Below are positions 33,080 to 41,820 of a stretch of DNA of 64,000 nt, piece by piece. The position numbers were made by a program, and so were the translations under genes. Origin of the DNA: Corallococcus silvisoli (GTDB lineage: Bacteria; Myxococcota; Myxococcia; Myxococcales; Myxococcaceae); the NCBI RefSeq assembly GCF_009909145.1, contig NZ_JAAAPJ010000005.1, positions 336,470-400,469 on the forward strand, read 5' to 3'. The notes beneath the pieces were generated by a model. The model was not told where the DNA came from. It worked only from the letters and a program-made list of their open reading frames with translations, and did no database searches. Positions within the stretch are counted from its first letter, which is position 1; every line of letters starts with the position of its first letter.

Positions 33080-33775
33080 ATGATCCCTTCCCATCTCCCG
33101 CTCTCCCGTTCCCCTTCCCTTTCGCGTCGGAGTGTCCTGGCGCTGCTCGGCGTCGTCGCGCTCGCGCTCGGCGGCTGCGACACGGCGCTCTCCATCGCCG
33201 ACGCGCGTTCGCGTGGCACCGGCGCGGAGGTGACGGTGGAGGGCACCGTCACCGTGGCCCCCGGCACCTTCGCCTCCGCGTTGGGGGACGAAGGGTTCGC
33301 GATCCAGGACGACACCGCCGGCCTCTACGTCAAGGTGGCCGAGAAGCTGTCGTTCGGGCTGGGCGCCCGCGTGCGCGTCACCGGCACGCTGGATGAGCAG
33401 AACCAGCTGCGCATCCTCAAGGCCGTGCCCGCGGACGTCGAGCTGAAGTCCGGAACCGGGACCGTGCCCCCGAAGGACGTCTCCACCGGCGGCGTGAACG
33501 AGTCCGTGGAGGGCCAGCTCATCCGCGTCAGCGGCGCCATCACCCAGGCGTTCCAGGACGACTCGCCCTACGGCTACAAGCTCTACATCAACGATGGCTC
33601 TGGCGAGGTGCAGGTGTTCGTGCACGTGTCGGCCGGCTTCGACGCGGCGGCGCTGAAGGCCCTCGCCGTGGGCCAGCGCATCCAGGTGGTGGGCCTGGCC
33701 GCCCAGTACGAAACGACCTACGAGGTCGCGCCCCGCATGCCGGGCGACCTCGTCGTCCAGACGACGACCCCCTAG
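33080..33775 (+). CDS. Lipoprotein of unknown function
   Basis: Lipobox LALGGC. Two beta-rich halves (EVTVEGTVTVAPG..., QLIRVSGAITQAF...). Confidence 0.8.
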   Translation: MIPSHLPLSRSPSLSRRSVLALLGVVALALGGCDTALSIADARSRGTGAEVTVEGTVTVAPGTFASALGDEGFAIQDDTAGLYVKVAEKLSFGLGARVRVTGTLDEQNQLRILKAVPADVELKSGTGTVPPKDVSTGGVNESVEGQLIRVSGAITQAFQDDSPYGYKLYINDGSGEVQVFVHVSAGFDAAALKALAVGQRIQVVGLAAQYETTYEVAPRMPGDLVVQTTTP

Positions 33776-33982
33776 CACCCGACGCCCCCCTGGGTGCGAG
33801 GAACCCCGGGCACCCGTTCCGGGTGAACCGGGCCGTTGGCTTTCGTGCATCGCTTGGGATGTGGGCCTCCGAGCGGATGCACGAAAGCCAACGCGCGTCC
33901 ACGAGGTGGCCGGACGGGCAGGTTCCGTTCTCACCGGCAGTGCCAATCCATCGAGGTCCCTGGCGGACGAACGAGGGCTGGC

Positions 33983-36433
33983 ATGGACGGAGTTCGAGGA
34001 GCGACAGCGGTCTTGCTCGCGTGCGCGGGGCTGTGGGCTCCGGGCGCCGCGTGGGCCCAGGCCCCCGGCGAGGACGAAGCCAGCGACGTGATGTCGGAGG
34101 AGAAGCTGGAGGCCCTGCTGGACACGCCGACGGCGCAGCCTACCCAGGACGAGGTGACGGCGGAGGCGTTTGGACCGGAGCGGCTGACGTCCTACTTCGC
34201 GCAGGGACTGCTCGCGAAGGCGCGCGCGGAGTTCGACCGGGGCCGCTACCGGTCCGCGCGGGCGCTGCTCGCCACCGAATCCCCCCCTTCCCTTCCGGGC
34301 CGCTACCTCCAGGCCCAGAGCGCCTTCCTCGCGCGCGACTTCGCCACCGCCGCCGAGGAGTTCACCGCGCTGGCGGAGGACTATGTGCCCCTGCGCGACC
34401 ACTGCCTGATGCGGGCCGCCGAGTCCCATGAGCGCCTGCACAAGCCGCTGCGCGCGGCGGAGCAGTACGGCGCGGTGAGTCCGGCCTCGCCGCTCTATCC
34501 GGAGGCGCGCTTCACCCTGGCGCGCGTGCTCAAGCGCCAGAACCGCATCCCCGAGGCGCTGACCGCGCTCCAGGCCCTCATCGACAGCCGGCAGGCGCGG
34601 GGGCCGGACGCGCTCCGGATGAAGGCGCTGCTGGCGTACTGCGACCTGGCGCGCGCGCAGGGGCAGTACAACGCCGAGCACCGCGCGCTGCTGGAGGTCT
34701 GGGCGACGGCGCCCCTGTCGCCCGAGGCGGCCCGCGCGCGCGTGCTGCTGCGGGATCTGCCGCTGCCCATGAAGTGGCGGGTGCGCCGCGCCGAGGCGCT
34801 GGTGGAGCTGCACCAGAACGTCGCGGCCATGAACCTGCTGGCCCGTTCGGGGCCGCGGACGGAGCTCCCGGACGAGCTGGCCTGCGGCGCCCAGCTCACC
34901 CTGGGCCGCGCGCTGCGCAAGGAGCGGCAGCACCGGCGCGCCATCCAGGTGCTGGAGCCGGTGGCGCGCGAGTGCCTGTCCCCCGAGCAGCGCCCGCAGG
35001 CGCTCTACCTCCTCGCGTATTCGCAGTCGGTGGTGCAGCCGGAGGCGGCCGTGGACACGTACGCCACGCTGGCCCGGGACTACCCGGCGCACGGCTACGC
35101 GGACGACGCGCTGTTCTTCGAGGCGTGGACGCAGCAGCGCCTGGGGCTCGTGGACGAGGCGCTCCAGAACTACGAGGCGCTGGCGAAGCAATACCCCGCC
35201 GGCAACTTCGCCGCCGAGGCCCTCTTCCGCGCCTTCTGGCTGCACCAGCGCAAGGGCGAGACGCAGCCCGCGCTCGCGTCGCTGATGGCGGTGGAGCAGC
35301 TGCCGGAAGCGGCGCGCACCGACGAAGCCCTGTGGCGCGCCCGCTACTGGCAGGCGCGCGTGCAGGAGTCCGGCGGCGCGGTGGACGCGGCGCTCACGCG
35401 CTACGAGCTCATCGCCACCGAGCGGCCCACGGCCTGGTACGGCCTGCTCGCCCGGACGCGGCTCGCGCAGCACGCGCCGGAGCGGATGGCCCGCCTGACG
35501 GCGGCGTCCGCCGCACCGAAGGCCACGTCCATCCCGAACACCGCCGGGCCCGTCACCGACGAGGTCTGGCCCCTGCCCCCGGGCCCGCTCCAGAAGGACC
35601 CGCGCTTCGCCGCGGGCGTGGAGCTCTTGCGCCTGGGCCAGCCAGGCGTGGTGGAGGAGCTGCTCGCGGTGGACACGCGCGGCCTGGCGGAGGCGCCCGC
35701 GCGGCTGCTCTACCAGACGATGCGCCGCACCGGGCGGGGCCGGGCCACGCGGCAGGTGGCGCGCGTGTCGCTTCGCCAGGAGGCCGCCGGGCCGCTGAGC
35801 GCCGCGTCGCGCCCGGTGTGGGAGGCCACGTGGCCGCTCGCGTTCCGGCCGCTCATCCAGAGCTCTTCGCGGTCAGCGCGAGTGGATCCCGATCTGCTCC
35901 AGGGCCTCATCCGCGAGGAGAGCCGCTTCAACCCGCGCGCGCGCTCCGCCACGGGAGCGCTGGGACTGGCGCAGCTCATGCCCTCGACGGCGCGCCAGGT
36001 GGCGGACTCGCTGAAGATGGCCTCGTTCGACGTGTCCTCGCTGCTTCAGCCCGCGCCGAACATCCGCCTGGGCGCGGCGTACCTGGGGCAGTTGCTCAAG
36101 CACTTCGACGGCAACCCCGCCTACGCCGTGGCCGCGTACAACGCGGGACCCGCGGCCGTGGAGCGCTGGCGCCGGGCCCTGCCCCAGGCGGAGCTGGACG
36201 AGTGGGTGGAGCACATCGCCTTCGACGAGACCCGCGACTACGTGAAGCGCGTCCTGGGCAGCTACAGCGCCTACAAGCTGCTCTACGCGAACGAAGTGCC
36301 CGCGTCGTTCCAGAAGGCCCACAAGGCCCCCCTGGAGGCCGCGCGCGCGCCCACGGTGAGCCCCGCGACGGGCACCGGCGGCAGCGGCAGGAACGCGGTG
36401 ACGCCGACGTCCACCCTGTCTGGCGGACGGTAG
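33983..36433 (+). CDS. Soluble lytic murein transglycosylase (Slt70-like)
   Basis: Signal peptide MDGVRGATAVLLACAGLWAPGAAWA. Long helical-repeat N-terminal region. Catalytic motifs EESRFNPRARSATGALGLAQLMP and AYNAGP. Confidence 0.88.
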   Translation: MDGVRGATAVLLACAGLWAPGAAWAQAPGEDEASDVMSEEKLEALLDTPTAQPTQDEVTAEAFGPERLTSYFAQGLLAKARAEFDRGRYRSARALLATESPPSLPGRYLQAQSAFLARDFATAAEEFTALAEDYVPLRDHCLMRAAESHERLHKPLRAAEQYGAVSPASPLYPEARFTLARVLKRQNRIPEALTALQALIDSRQARGPDALRMKALLAYCDLARAQGQYNAEHRALLEVWATAPLSPEAARARVLLRDLPLPMKWRVRRAEALVELHQNVAAMNLLARSGPRTELPDELACGAQLTLGRALRKERQHRRAIQVLEPVARECLSPEQRPQALYLLAYSQSVVQPEAAVDTYATLARDYPAHGYADDALFFEAWTQQRLGLVDEALQNYEALAKQYPAGNFAAEALFRAFWLHQRKGETQPALASLMAVEQLPEAARTDEALWRARYWQARVQESGGAVDAALTRYELIATERPTAWYGLLARTRLAQHAPERMARLTAASAAPKATSIPNTAGPVTDEVWPLPPGPLQKDPRFAAGVELLRLGQPGVVEELLAVDTRGLAEAPARLLYQTMRRTGRGRATRQVARVSLRQEAAGPLSAASRPVWEATWPLAFRPLIQSSSRSARVDPDLLQGLIREESRFNPRARSATGALGLAQLMPSTARQVADSLKMASFDVSSLLQPAPNIRLGAAYLGQLLKHFDGNPAYAVAAYNAGPAAVERWRRALPQAELDEWVEHIAFDETRDYVKRVLGSYSAYKLLYANEVPASFQKAHKAPLEAARAPTVSPATGTGGSGRNAVTPTSTLSGGR

Positions 36434-36525
36434 GGCTCCCACCTCGACGGTGAGGCCAGGACGCGAACGCCCAACGGCGGCAGGACTCCATGGCACGTTG
36501 GGCGAACGCCTTGCCCCCCTCACGT

Positions 36526-36556
36526 CGCCGGACGGGACCTTGGCTCCCGTCCGGCG
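36526..36556. terminator. Perfect 12-bp stem-loop between convergent genes
   Basis: CGCCGGACGGGA-ccttggc-TCCCGTCCGGCG. No T-tract. Confidence 0.4.
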
Positions 36557-36583
36557 CGCGAGGAAACAGTGCGGCGATGGGCG

Positions 36584-37399
36584 CTACTTCACACCCGTGG
36601 GCGCGGTGATGGACTCGGAGTTGATGGTGTACTGGCTGGCGATGGCGTTCGTGTCGATGCCCGTGAAGTGGCGGTACGGGTAGGCACCCTCCGCGATGGT
36701 CTCGATGAACTCCACCTGATCACCGGTGATGCGCTTGCCGTTGATGTCCACCGTGAACGTGTTCTTCTCCGAACCCACGCGCCACACGCACGCGCCCACG
36801 TTCTCCTTGGCCGAGCCGAGCGACAGACCGTCGACGTCGAAGTCGTTCAGGAAGTGGTGGTGCATCTCCGCCCAGCGGAGGAAGTCCCGCCAGTTGGTGA
36901 ACACGATGACCATGCCCGCCGGCTGCGGGCTGGAGCCCTGGAGCACGCCGCCCAGGTAGACGTTCATCGTGTAGCGCGAGCCCCCCGGCGAACCGGTGAA
37001 CGTGGGCGCCATGGTGACCGAGTTGGCCTCCTTGCCCGGCGTGACCCTCAGCGTGCTGACGACCTGATCGCCGTCACGCGCGGACAGCTGGTAGCCACCG
37101 TTCGCGCCCAGGCTCATCCCGACGCGCTGCTCCCACTTCACGGCCTGCGCGAAGGTGCTCGCGACGCCGTCCTTCTGGGTGGCGAGCCCGGACACAGCGA
37201 GACCGTCCGCCACGGAATCGAGCTTCGCCCGGCCCATCGCACAGCTGCTGATGCCTTCGAACCTCTTGACACACTGGGACTGCGCCGCCGACTCCTGCGC
37301 GTTCAGGGAACCGGCGGACTGGCTGTCGTCGCCGCCCGCACAACCCGCGAGGCTCAGGAACATGGAAGCCAGCAGGGGACCCGTCATCTTCAGGTGCAT
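36584..37399 (-). CDS. Lipoprotein of unknown function
   Basis: Lipobox LSLAGC. No recognisable domain. Confidence 0.8.
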   Translation of the reverse strand: MHLKMTGPLLASMFLSLAGCAGGDDSQSAGSLNAQESAAQSQCVKRFEGISSCAMGRAKLDSVADGLAVSGLATQKDGVASTFAQAVKWEQRVGMSLGANGGYQLSARDGDQVVSTLRVTPGKEANSVTMAPTFTGSPGGSRYTMNVYLGGVLQGSSPQPAGMVIVFTNWRDFLRWAEMHHHFLNDFDVDGLSLGSAKENVGACVWRVGSEKNTFTVDINGKRITGDQVEFIETIAEGAYPYRHFTGIDTNAIASQYTINSESITAPTGVK

Positions 37400-37486
37400 G
37401 CGCTACCTCGTCATGGGGTGAACTGCACGCCTCCCCATTGCACCCCTTGAGCCAACACACCGGACGCGTCTGTCTTCACTCTTGCC

Positions 37487-37499
37487 ATTCATTGAATGA
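37487..37499. promoter_or_regulatory. Palindromic motif ATTCATTGAATGA (copy 1)
   Basis: TCA-N-TGA type inverted repeat. A near-identical copy lies 126 bp downstream. Confidence 0.3.
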
Positions 37500-37517
37500 G
37501 AAAACAGGAGTAGCGAC

Positions 37518-37625
37518 ATGAGTCACATGAAACACTGTATTTGTAGCAAGGCGAGTCACAGCGGCCGCCAAGACGGCCCGGCGGGATCCGGCGCGCCCCC
37601 TTTGAAACCTGGATTCACTGAATGA
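37518..37625 (+). CDS. Candidate 35-aa small ORF with a strong SD sequence
   Basis: AGGAG lies 7 nt upstream of ATG 37518. Translation MSHMKHCICSKASHSGRQDGPAGSGAPPLKPGFTE. Its stop lies inside the second palindrome. Below the ORF-track size cut-off. Confidence 0.3.
   Translation: MSHMKHCICSKASHSGRQDGPAGSGAPPLKPGFTE
37613..37625. promoter_or_regulatory. Palindromic motif ATTCACTGAATGA (copy 2)
   Basis: 12 of 13 identical to the copy at 37487. About 97 nt upstream of the M28 peptidase start. Confidence 0.3.
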
Positions 37626-37721
37626 ACTGATAACGCACGGAATCGCGCCGCGGCGCACAACTTCTGACCGGCTCCGTCGGATAATCTCAGGAAGCGCGTT
37701 TCCTCCCCCGGACTCCCCACC

Positions 37722-39113
37722 ATGGCCACGAAGATCAACGACAGCTCGCGCCCCCTCACCTCCGTGTCGCGGTTGAACTCGCAGGACGCGCGGAGCACGG
37801 ACGCGAAGTCGAAGAACCGTCCCCTCGCGTTCAAGGACGGCTTCGAGTCCTCCGGCACGCGCCCCTCCCTGCCCCGGCTGCCCGCGCCGCCCCCGGTGCT
37901 GTCGCTGCCCGCGCCCTGCACTCCGGCGCCCACGACGCCGGTGCCGGAGACGCCCGCCGAGCCGCCCGTGTCGGTCGACTCGGATCCGATGACGCACATC
38001 GAGTACCTGGCCTCCGACGCGCTGAAGGGCCGTGACAGCCCCTCCGAGGGCCTGGACGCGGCGAGCGCCTACGTGCAGGCGCACGCGGAGAAGTACGGCC
38101 TCGTGGGGCCCAACTCGAACAACCCGGCGAACCCCTTCCAGCAGAAGTTCAACGTCTACTCCTGGCTGGGGCCGAACACGGCCGGCGAGGCGAACGGCGC
38201 GGCCCACGGCGAGCACAAGCAGTTCGGCCACAAGATGTTCCAGGAGGGGTTCTACCTGGACGAGAAGATGCCCAAGGACACGCTGAAGCTGCTCAACAAG
38301 CAGTACGAGAGCACGATGAAGGCGGCGGGCCAGCCGCTGGCCCCGGCGCGGTCCGGGAAGCAGCGCAGCGTGGAGGAGCTCAAGCAGGTGGCCACGGCGA
38401 CGGGACAGGCCGTGAACACGATGGCGATGCTGCCCGGCACCGGCCCCCACAAGGACGAGGTCATCGTGGTGATGGCCCACCTGGACCACGTGGGCGTGGA
38501 CCGCAAGGGCAACCCGTTCAACGGCGCGGACGACAACGCGTCAGGCAGCGCGGTGCTGATGGCGGCGGTGCCGGAGCTGGCGGAGGCCGCGAAGAACGGC
38601 AAGCTGGACCGCTCCGTGCTCTTCATCTGGACGGGCGCGGAGGAGAAGGGGCTGGTGGGCTCGCAGTACTTCGTGGACCACCCCATCCCCGGGCTGGAGA
38701 TGAAGGACATCGCCGGCGTCATCAACACGGACATGGTGGGCCGCTGGGATGATCAGCGCCTGTCCGTCGTGGACACCAACACCAAGGGCCAGCCCAACTA
38801 CTTCCGGGACGTGGTGGACCAGGCGAACCAGCAGATGGCGGACCCGTTCGACCGCATCAACCGGGACATCAACGTGTACCGCGACCGCCAGGACGGCGCG
38901 TCGTTCGGGCGCAAGGGCGAGGACGTGCTCTTCCTCTTCGAGGGCCTGTCCAACCCCGAGGGCGGCGGCGATCTCATCCCCGAGTACCACCGGCAGGATG
39001 ACGACATCGAGAAGATCATCGAGGACAACGGCGGCAACAAGCCCCGCCGCGTGAAGGACCTCCTGGTGAACGTCATCAACCTGGCGGCGAACCGCGTCCC
39101 CGCAGAGAAGTGA
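37722..39113 (+). CDS. M28-family aminopeptidase with a disordered Pro-rich N-terminal region
   Basis: MAHLDHVG, GADDNASGSAVLMA and FIWTGAEEKGLVGSQYF, typical of M28 zinc peptidases. No obvious signal peptide. Confidence 0.85.
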   Translation: MATKINDSSRPLTSVSRLNSQDARSTDAKSKNRPLAFKDGFESSGTRPSLPRLPAPPPVLSLPAPCTPAPTTPVPETPAEPPVSVDSDPMTHIEYLASDALKGRDSPSEGLDAASAYVQAHAEKYGLVGPNSNNPANPFQQKFNVYSWLGPNTAGEANGAAHGEHKQFGHKMFQEGFYLDEKMPKDTLKLLNKQYESTMKAAGQPLAPARSGKQRSVEELKQVATATGQAVNTMAMLPGTGPHKDEVIVVMAHLDHVGVDRKGNPFNGADDNASGSAVLMAAVPELAEAAKNGKLDRSVLFIWTGAEEKGLVGSQYFVDHPIPGLEMKDIAGVINTDMVGRWDDQRLSVVDTNTKGQPNYFRDVVDQANQQMADPFDRINRDINVYRDRQDGASFGRKGEDVLFLFEGLSNPEGGGDLIPEYHRQDDDIEKIIEDNGGNKPRRVKDLLVNVINLAANRVPAEK

Positions 39114-39119
39114 TGGGAC

Positions 39120-39147
39120 GGGGGGGCGGAGCGCCCCCCCTCTTTTT
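39120..39147 (+). terminator. Rho-independent terminator
   Basis: GGGGGGGCG-gag-CGCCCCCCC followed by TCTTTTT, 7 nt after the peptidase stop. Confidence 0.8.
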
Positions 39148-39184
39148 CCGCCGGACGACGGCGCTCCGCGGGGGGCCCTCGGCC

Positions 39185-40066
39185 TCAGGCCGCCAGCTTC
39201 TCCCCCGTCGCCGCGGGCGCCGCGGCGATGGCGTCCAGTTCGTGCTGGCTGAGCACCACCTTCGCTTCGGAGCCGCGCCAGACGAACGGGATGCCCGGCT
39301 GACGGTAGAGGTGCGCGGGGATCTCCCGCGCGAGCTGGGCGTGCAGCTCCGGCAGCTTGGACCAGTGCAGCCCGTGCCGCGTGTGATGCGCGGTGTGGTA
39401 GCCCAGGTTGCCGGTCATCAGGTTGTAGCCGCGGTGGAGGATGTTGTACGAGGCCTCCGAGTGCAGCTCGGTGTTCAGGTCCACGTGGTGGAAGAAGGTC
39501 GCCCACACCGTGACGAACAGCGACGCCACCATGGGCAGCAGGAACACGAAGAGCGCGTTGTAGGGGTTCACCCAGAACAGCCCCGCCAACAGGACGACCT
39601 GCAGCACGCCCATCGCGATGAACACCCGCAGCGCCTTGGGGTGCTGCTGGCGCCCCACTTCGAACGCCCGCGGATACGCGGTCAGCATGGTGCTGAGCGA
39701 GTACTCCAGCTCGCCCATGGTCGTGCCGTCATCGCGCTTCCAGCGCGACTCGTCCTTCGTCTGGTCCAGGTAGTTGCGGTGGTGACCCAGCACGTGGTGG
39801 AGGAACCACGCCTGCGACGTCACGCCCGTCTGGAAACCGAAGATGATCTCCAGGAGGCGGTTGGGCAGCGCGTGCCGGAACATCGACAGGTGCTGGTGGT
39901 GGTGGTTCCACGAGCAGATCCATCCCTTGGGGATGATGCCCAGGCCGAACCACAACACCGGCACCCACCAGCTGCTCGCCGTGAGGAACACCGTCACGTC
40001 GAGCGCGAACACGCACGTGAACAACAGGACCGGGATGCGATCTTCGGGATGCCGGAACAGGGTCAT
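39185..40066 (-). CDS. Membrane fatty-acid desaturase/hydroxylase-family protein
   Basis: Histidine boxes WNHHHQH, HHVLGHHRNY and HTAHHTRHG. TM helices. The track ORF is trimmed to ATG 40066. Confidence 0.8.
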   Translation of the reverse strand: MTLFRHPEDRIPVLLFTCVFALDVTVFLTASSWWVPVLWFGLGIIPKGWICSWNHHHQHLSMFRHALPNRLLEIIFGFQTGVTSQAWFLHHVLGHHRNYLDQTKDESRWKRDDGTTMGELEYSLSTMLTAYPRAFEVGRQQHPKALRVFIAMGVLQVVLLAGLFWVNPYNALFVFLLPMVASLFVTVWATFFHHVDLNTELHSEASYNILHRGYNLMTGNLGYHTAHHTRHGLHWSKLPELHAQLAREIPAHLYRQPGIPFVWRGSEAKVVLSQHELDAIAAAPAATGEKLAA

Positions 40067-40356
40067 GCGCCTTCCGCGACAAGAGGGATCAGGGAACAAA
40101 TGCTGATTTTCCAACTGTAGGACGTGAAGCCCCGCCTGGAACAGGCCCGCCCAGGCGGACATGCCCCACGTCGCCCGCTCGCCCCTTCTCCCACACACCC
40201 GCCGTGGGGGCCCCCTCTGGAACGGGCAGGTTCCACAATGGCGGTAAACAACGTAGTCGCATTGAACTTGTATTTCTACTATTTCAAGAATCACAGTCCT
40301 GAATTGTGATAAACGCCGACCCAGCCCTTTCTGGCAGCACAGGCCCTGGAGGCGTC

Positions 40357-41019
40357 ATGCGGAACCAGACCATCGAGGCGGCGCTCGCGAAGAACCCCCA
40401 CCGTGAGCAGCTCATCAAGCACCGGTTCTTCGAAGTGGTGGATGAGAAGGCCTTCAGCCGCGAGCAGGCGGAGATGGTGCTGGGCCAGTGGTGGCACCCG
40501 CTGCACTACTTCCCCAACTTCCTGGGCAAGCTGCTCGCCGTCTGCCCGCAGATCGAGATGAAGACGGCGGTGTCGCACATCCTCAACCAGGAGGTGGGCG
40601 AAGGGGATCCGGAGCGCGCGCACGAGCGCTTCTTCATCACGACGATGACGGACGCGGGCTTCACGAAGGCGGGCGTGTCCGAAGCGGACATGGCGCCCGC
40701 CACGCGCCGGCTGCTCGACGGCTACCAGCGCTCCACGGACAACCACCTCACGGGCCTGGGCTTCCTCTACGGCACGGAGGTGGCGGACCTCACCATGGTG
40801 GCGAAGCTGGGCAAGCTGGTGCGCCGCACCACGGGCCTCAAGTCCCTGCCCTGGGTGGACATCCACGTGAAGCAGGAGCCGGACCACGTGGAGACGGCCG
40901 GCCACACCATGGGGCTCGAGTACACCGACGCGGAGCTGGCCACCATCACCCGGGGCGCGGAGGAGATGTGGCAGCTGTGGGTGGGATTCTTCGAGGAGCT
41001 GCGCAACCGCGTCGTCTGA
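40357..41019 (+). CDS. Haem-oxygenase-like fold, iron-containing redox enzyme family protein
   Basis: All-helical, with Glu/His-rich motifs (LNQEVGEGDPERAHERFF, YGTEVADL, HVKQEPDHVE) resembling the TenA/PqqC/haem-oxygenase-like di-iron family. GGAGG lies 6 nt upstream of ATG 40357. Confidence 0.65.
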   Translation: MRNQTIEAALAKNPHREQLIKHRFFEVVDEKAFSREQAEMVLGQWWHPLHYFPNFLGKLLAVCPQIEMKTAVSHILNQEVGEGDPERAHERFFITTMTDAGFTKAGVSEADMAPATRRLLDGYQRSTDNHLTGLGFLYGTEVADLTMVAKLGKLVRRTTGLKSLPWVDIHVKQEPDHVETAGHTMGLEYTDAELATITRGAEEMWQLWVGFFEELRNRVV

Positions 41020-41054
41020 GCCGCCGCCGCGTCACGCTCCAACCTCCTGGAATT

Positions 41055-41070
41055 CGTGCGATTTCGCACG
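41055..41070. promoter_or_regulatory. Perfect 16-bp palindrome CGTGCGATTTCGCACG
   Basis: 7-bp arms with a 2-nt centre, too tight for an RNA hairpin. About 125 nt upstream of the DUF47/PiT operon. Confidence 0.3.
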
Positions 41071-41192
41071 CGGCACTGGCGAATCTCTCCAGGTAGGGTA
41101 CTCACTCGCGCGCCACGGGAGTGCCACACCTCGCGCCTCTCCTCCTCCCGCGGCGGACCTCGCCTGGCCCTCCAGGCGCCGAGGGAGAATCC

Positions 41193-41819
41193 ATGCTCGA
41201 AAAGCTGATGCCGAAGTCGGACGAGTTCTTCGACGACTTCGACGCGCAATGCGCAAGGACCGTCGAGGGAGCCCAGCTCCTGCACGACCTGTTGAGCGAC
41301 TACCGGGACGTGCCCGCGCGCGTCCAGGCGCTCAAGGACGTGGAGCACAAGGGTGACGACGTCACCCACGCGGCCTTCAACCGGCTCCACCAGCAGTTCA
41401 TCACCCCCTTCGACCGCGGGCAGATCCACTCGCTGCTGTCGCGCATCGACGACGTGCTGGACCTGACCAACGCGGCGGCGGCGCGCCTGCTGTACTACGA
41501 GATCGACAGCACCCGGGCGGACGCCACGGAGCTGGCGCGGCTCCTGGTGCTGTCCACGCGCAAGGTGCAGGAGGTGGTGGCCGCCCTGCGCCTCATCAAG
41601 AAGCCGGAGCAGATCCTGGCGGGCTGCAAGGAGATCAAGCACCTGGAGTCGCAGGCGGACGAGGTGCTGCGCGCGGGCATGGGCCGGCTGTTCAAGAGCG
41701 GCGTGGACACCCTGACCATCATCAAGTGGAAGGAGATCTACGACCTCATCGAGACGGCGACCGACAAGTGCCAGGGTGTCGCCAACGTCATCGAAGGCGT
41801 CGTGCTGGAGCACTCCTGA
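41193..41819 (+). CDS. DUF47 (PhoU-like) phosphate-transport accessory protein
   Basis: MLEKLMPKSDEFFDDF... and ...EHKGDDVTH...ESQADEV are typical of the TIGR00153/DUF47 family that pairs with PiT. GAGGGAGA lies upstream. Confidence 0.85.
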   Translation: MLEKLMPKSDEFFDDFDAQCARTVEGAQLLHDLLSDYRDVPARVQALKDVEHKGDDVTHAAFNRLHQQFITPFDRGQIHSLLSRIDDVLDLTNAAAARLLYYEIDSTRADATELARLLVLSTRKVQEVVAALRLIKKPEQILAGCKEIKHLESQADEVLRAGMGRLFKSGVDTLTIIKWKEIYDLIETATDKCQGVANVIEGVVLEHS

Positions 41820-41820
41820 G

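Noticed and set aside
33038-35473. 811-aa minus-strand ORF antisense to the lipoprotein and Slt genes
   Set aside because: The opposite strand encodes proteins with clear signal peptides and lytic transglycosylase motifs. This frame is low-complexity.
41111-41126. Sigma-54-like element TGGCACTCCCGTGGCG on the minus strand
   Set aside because: The GG/GC spacing is correct, but there is no minus-strand gene downstream of it. The next lower-coordinate gene is on the plus strand.
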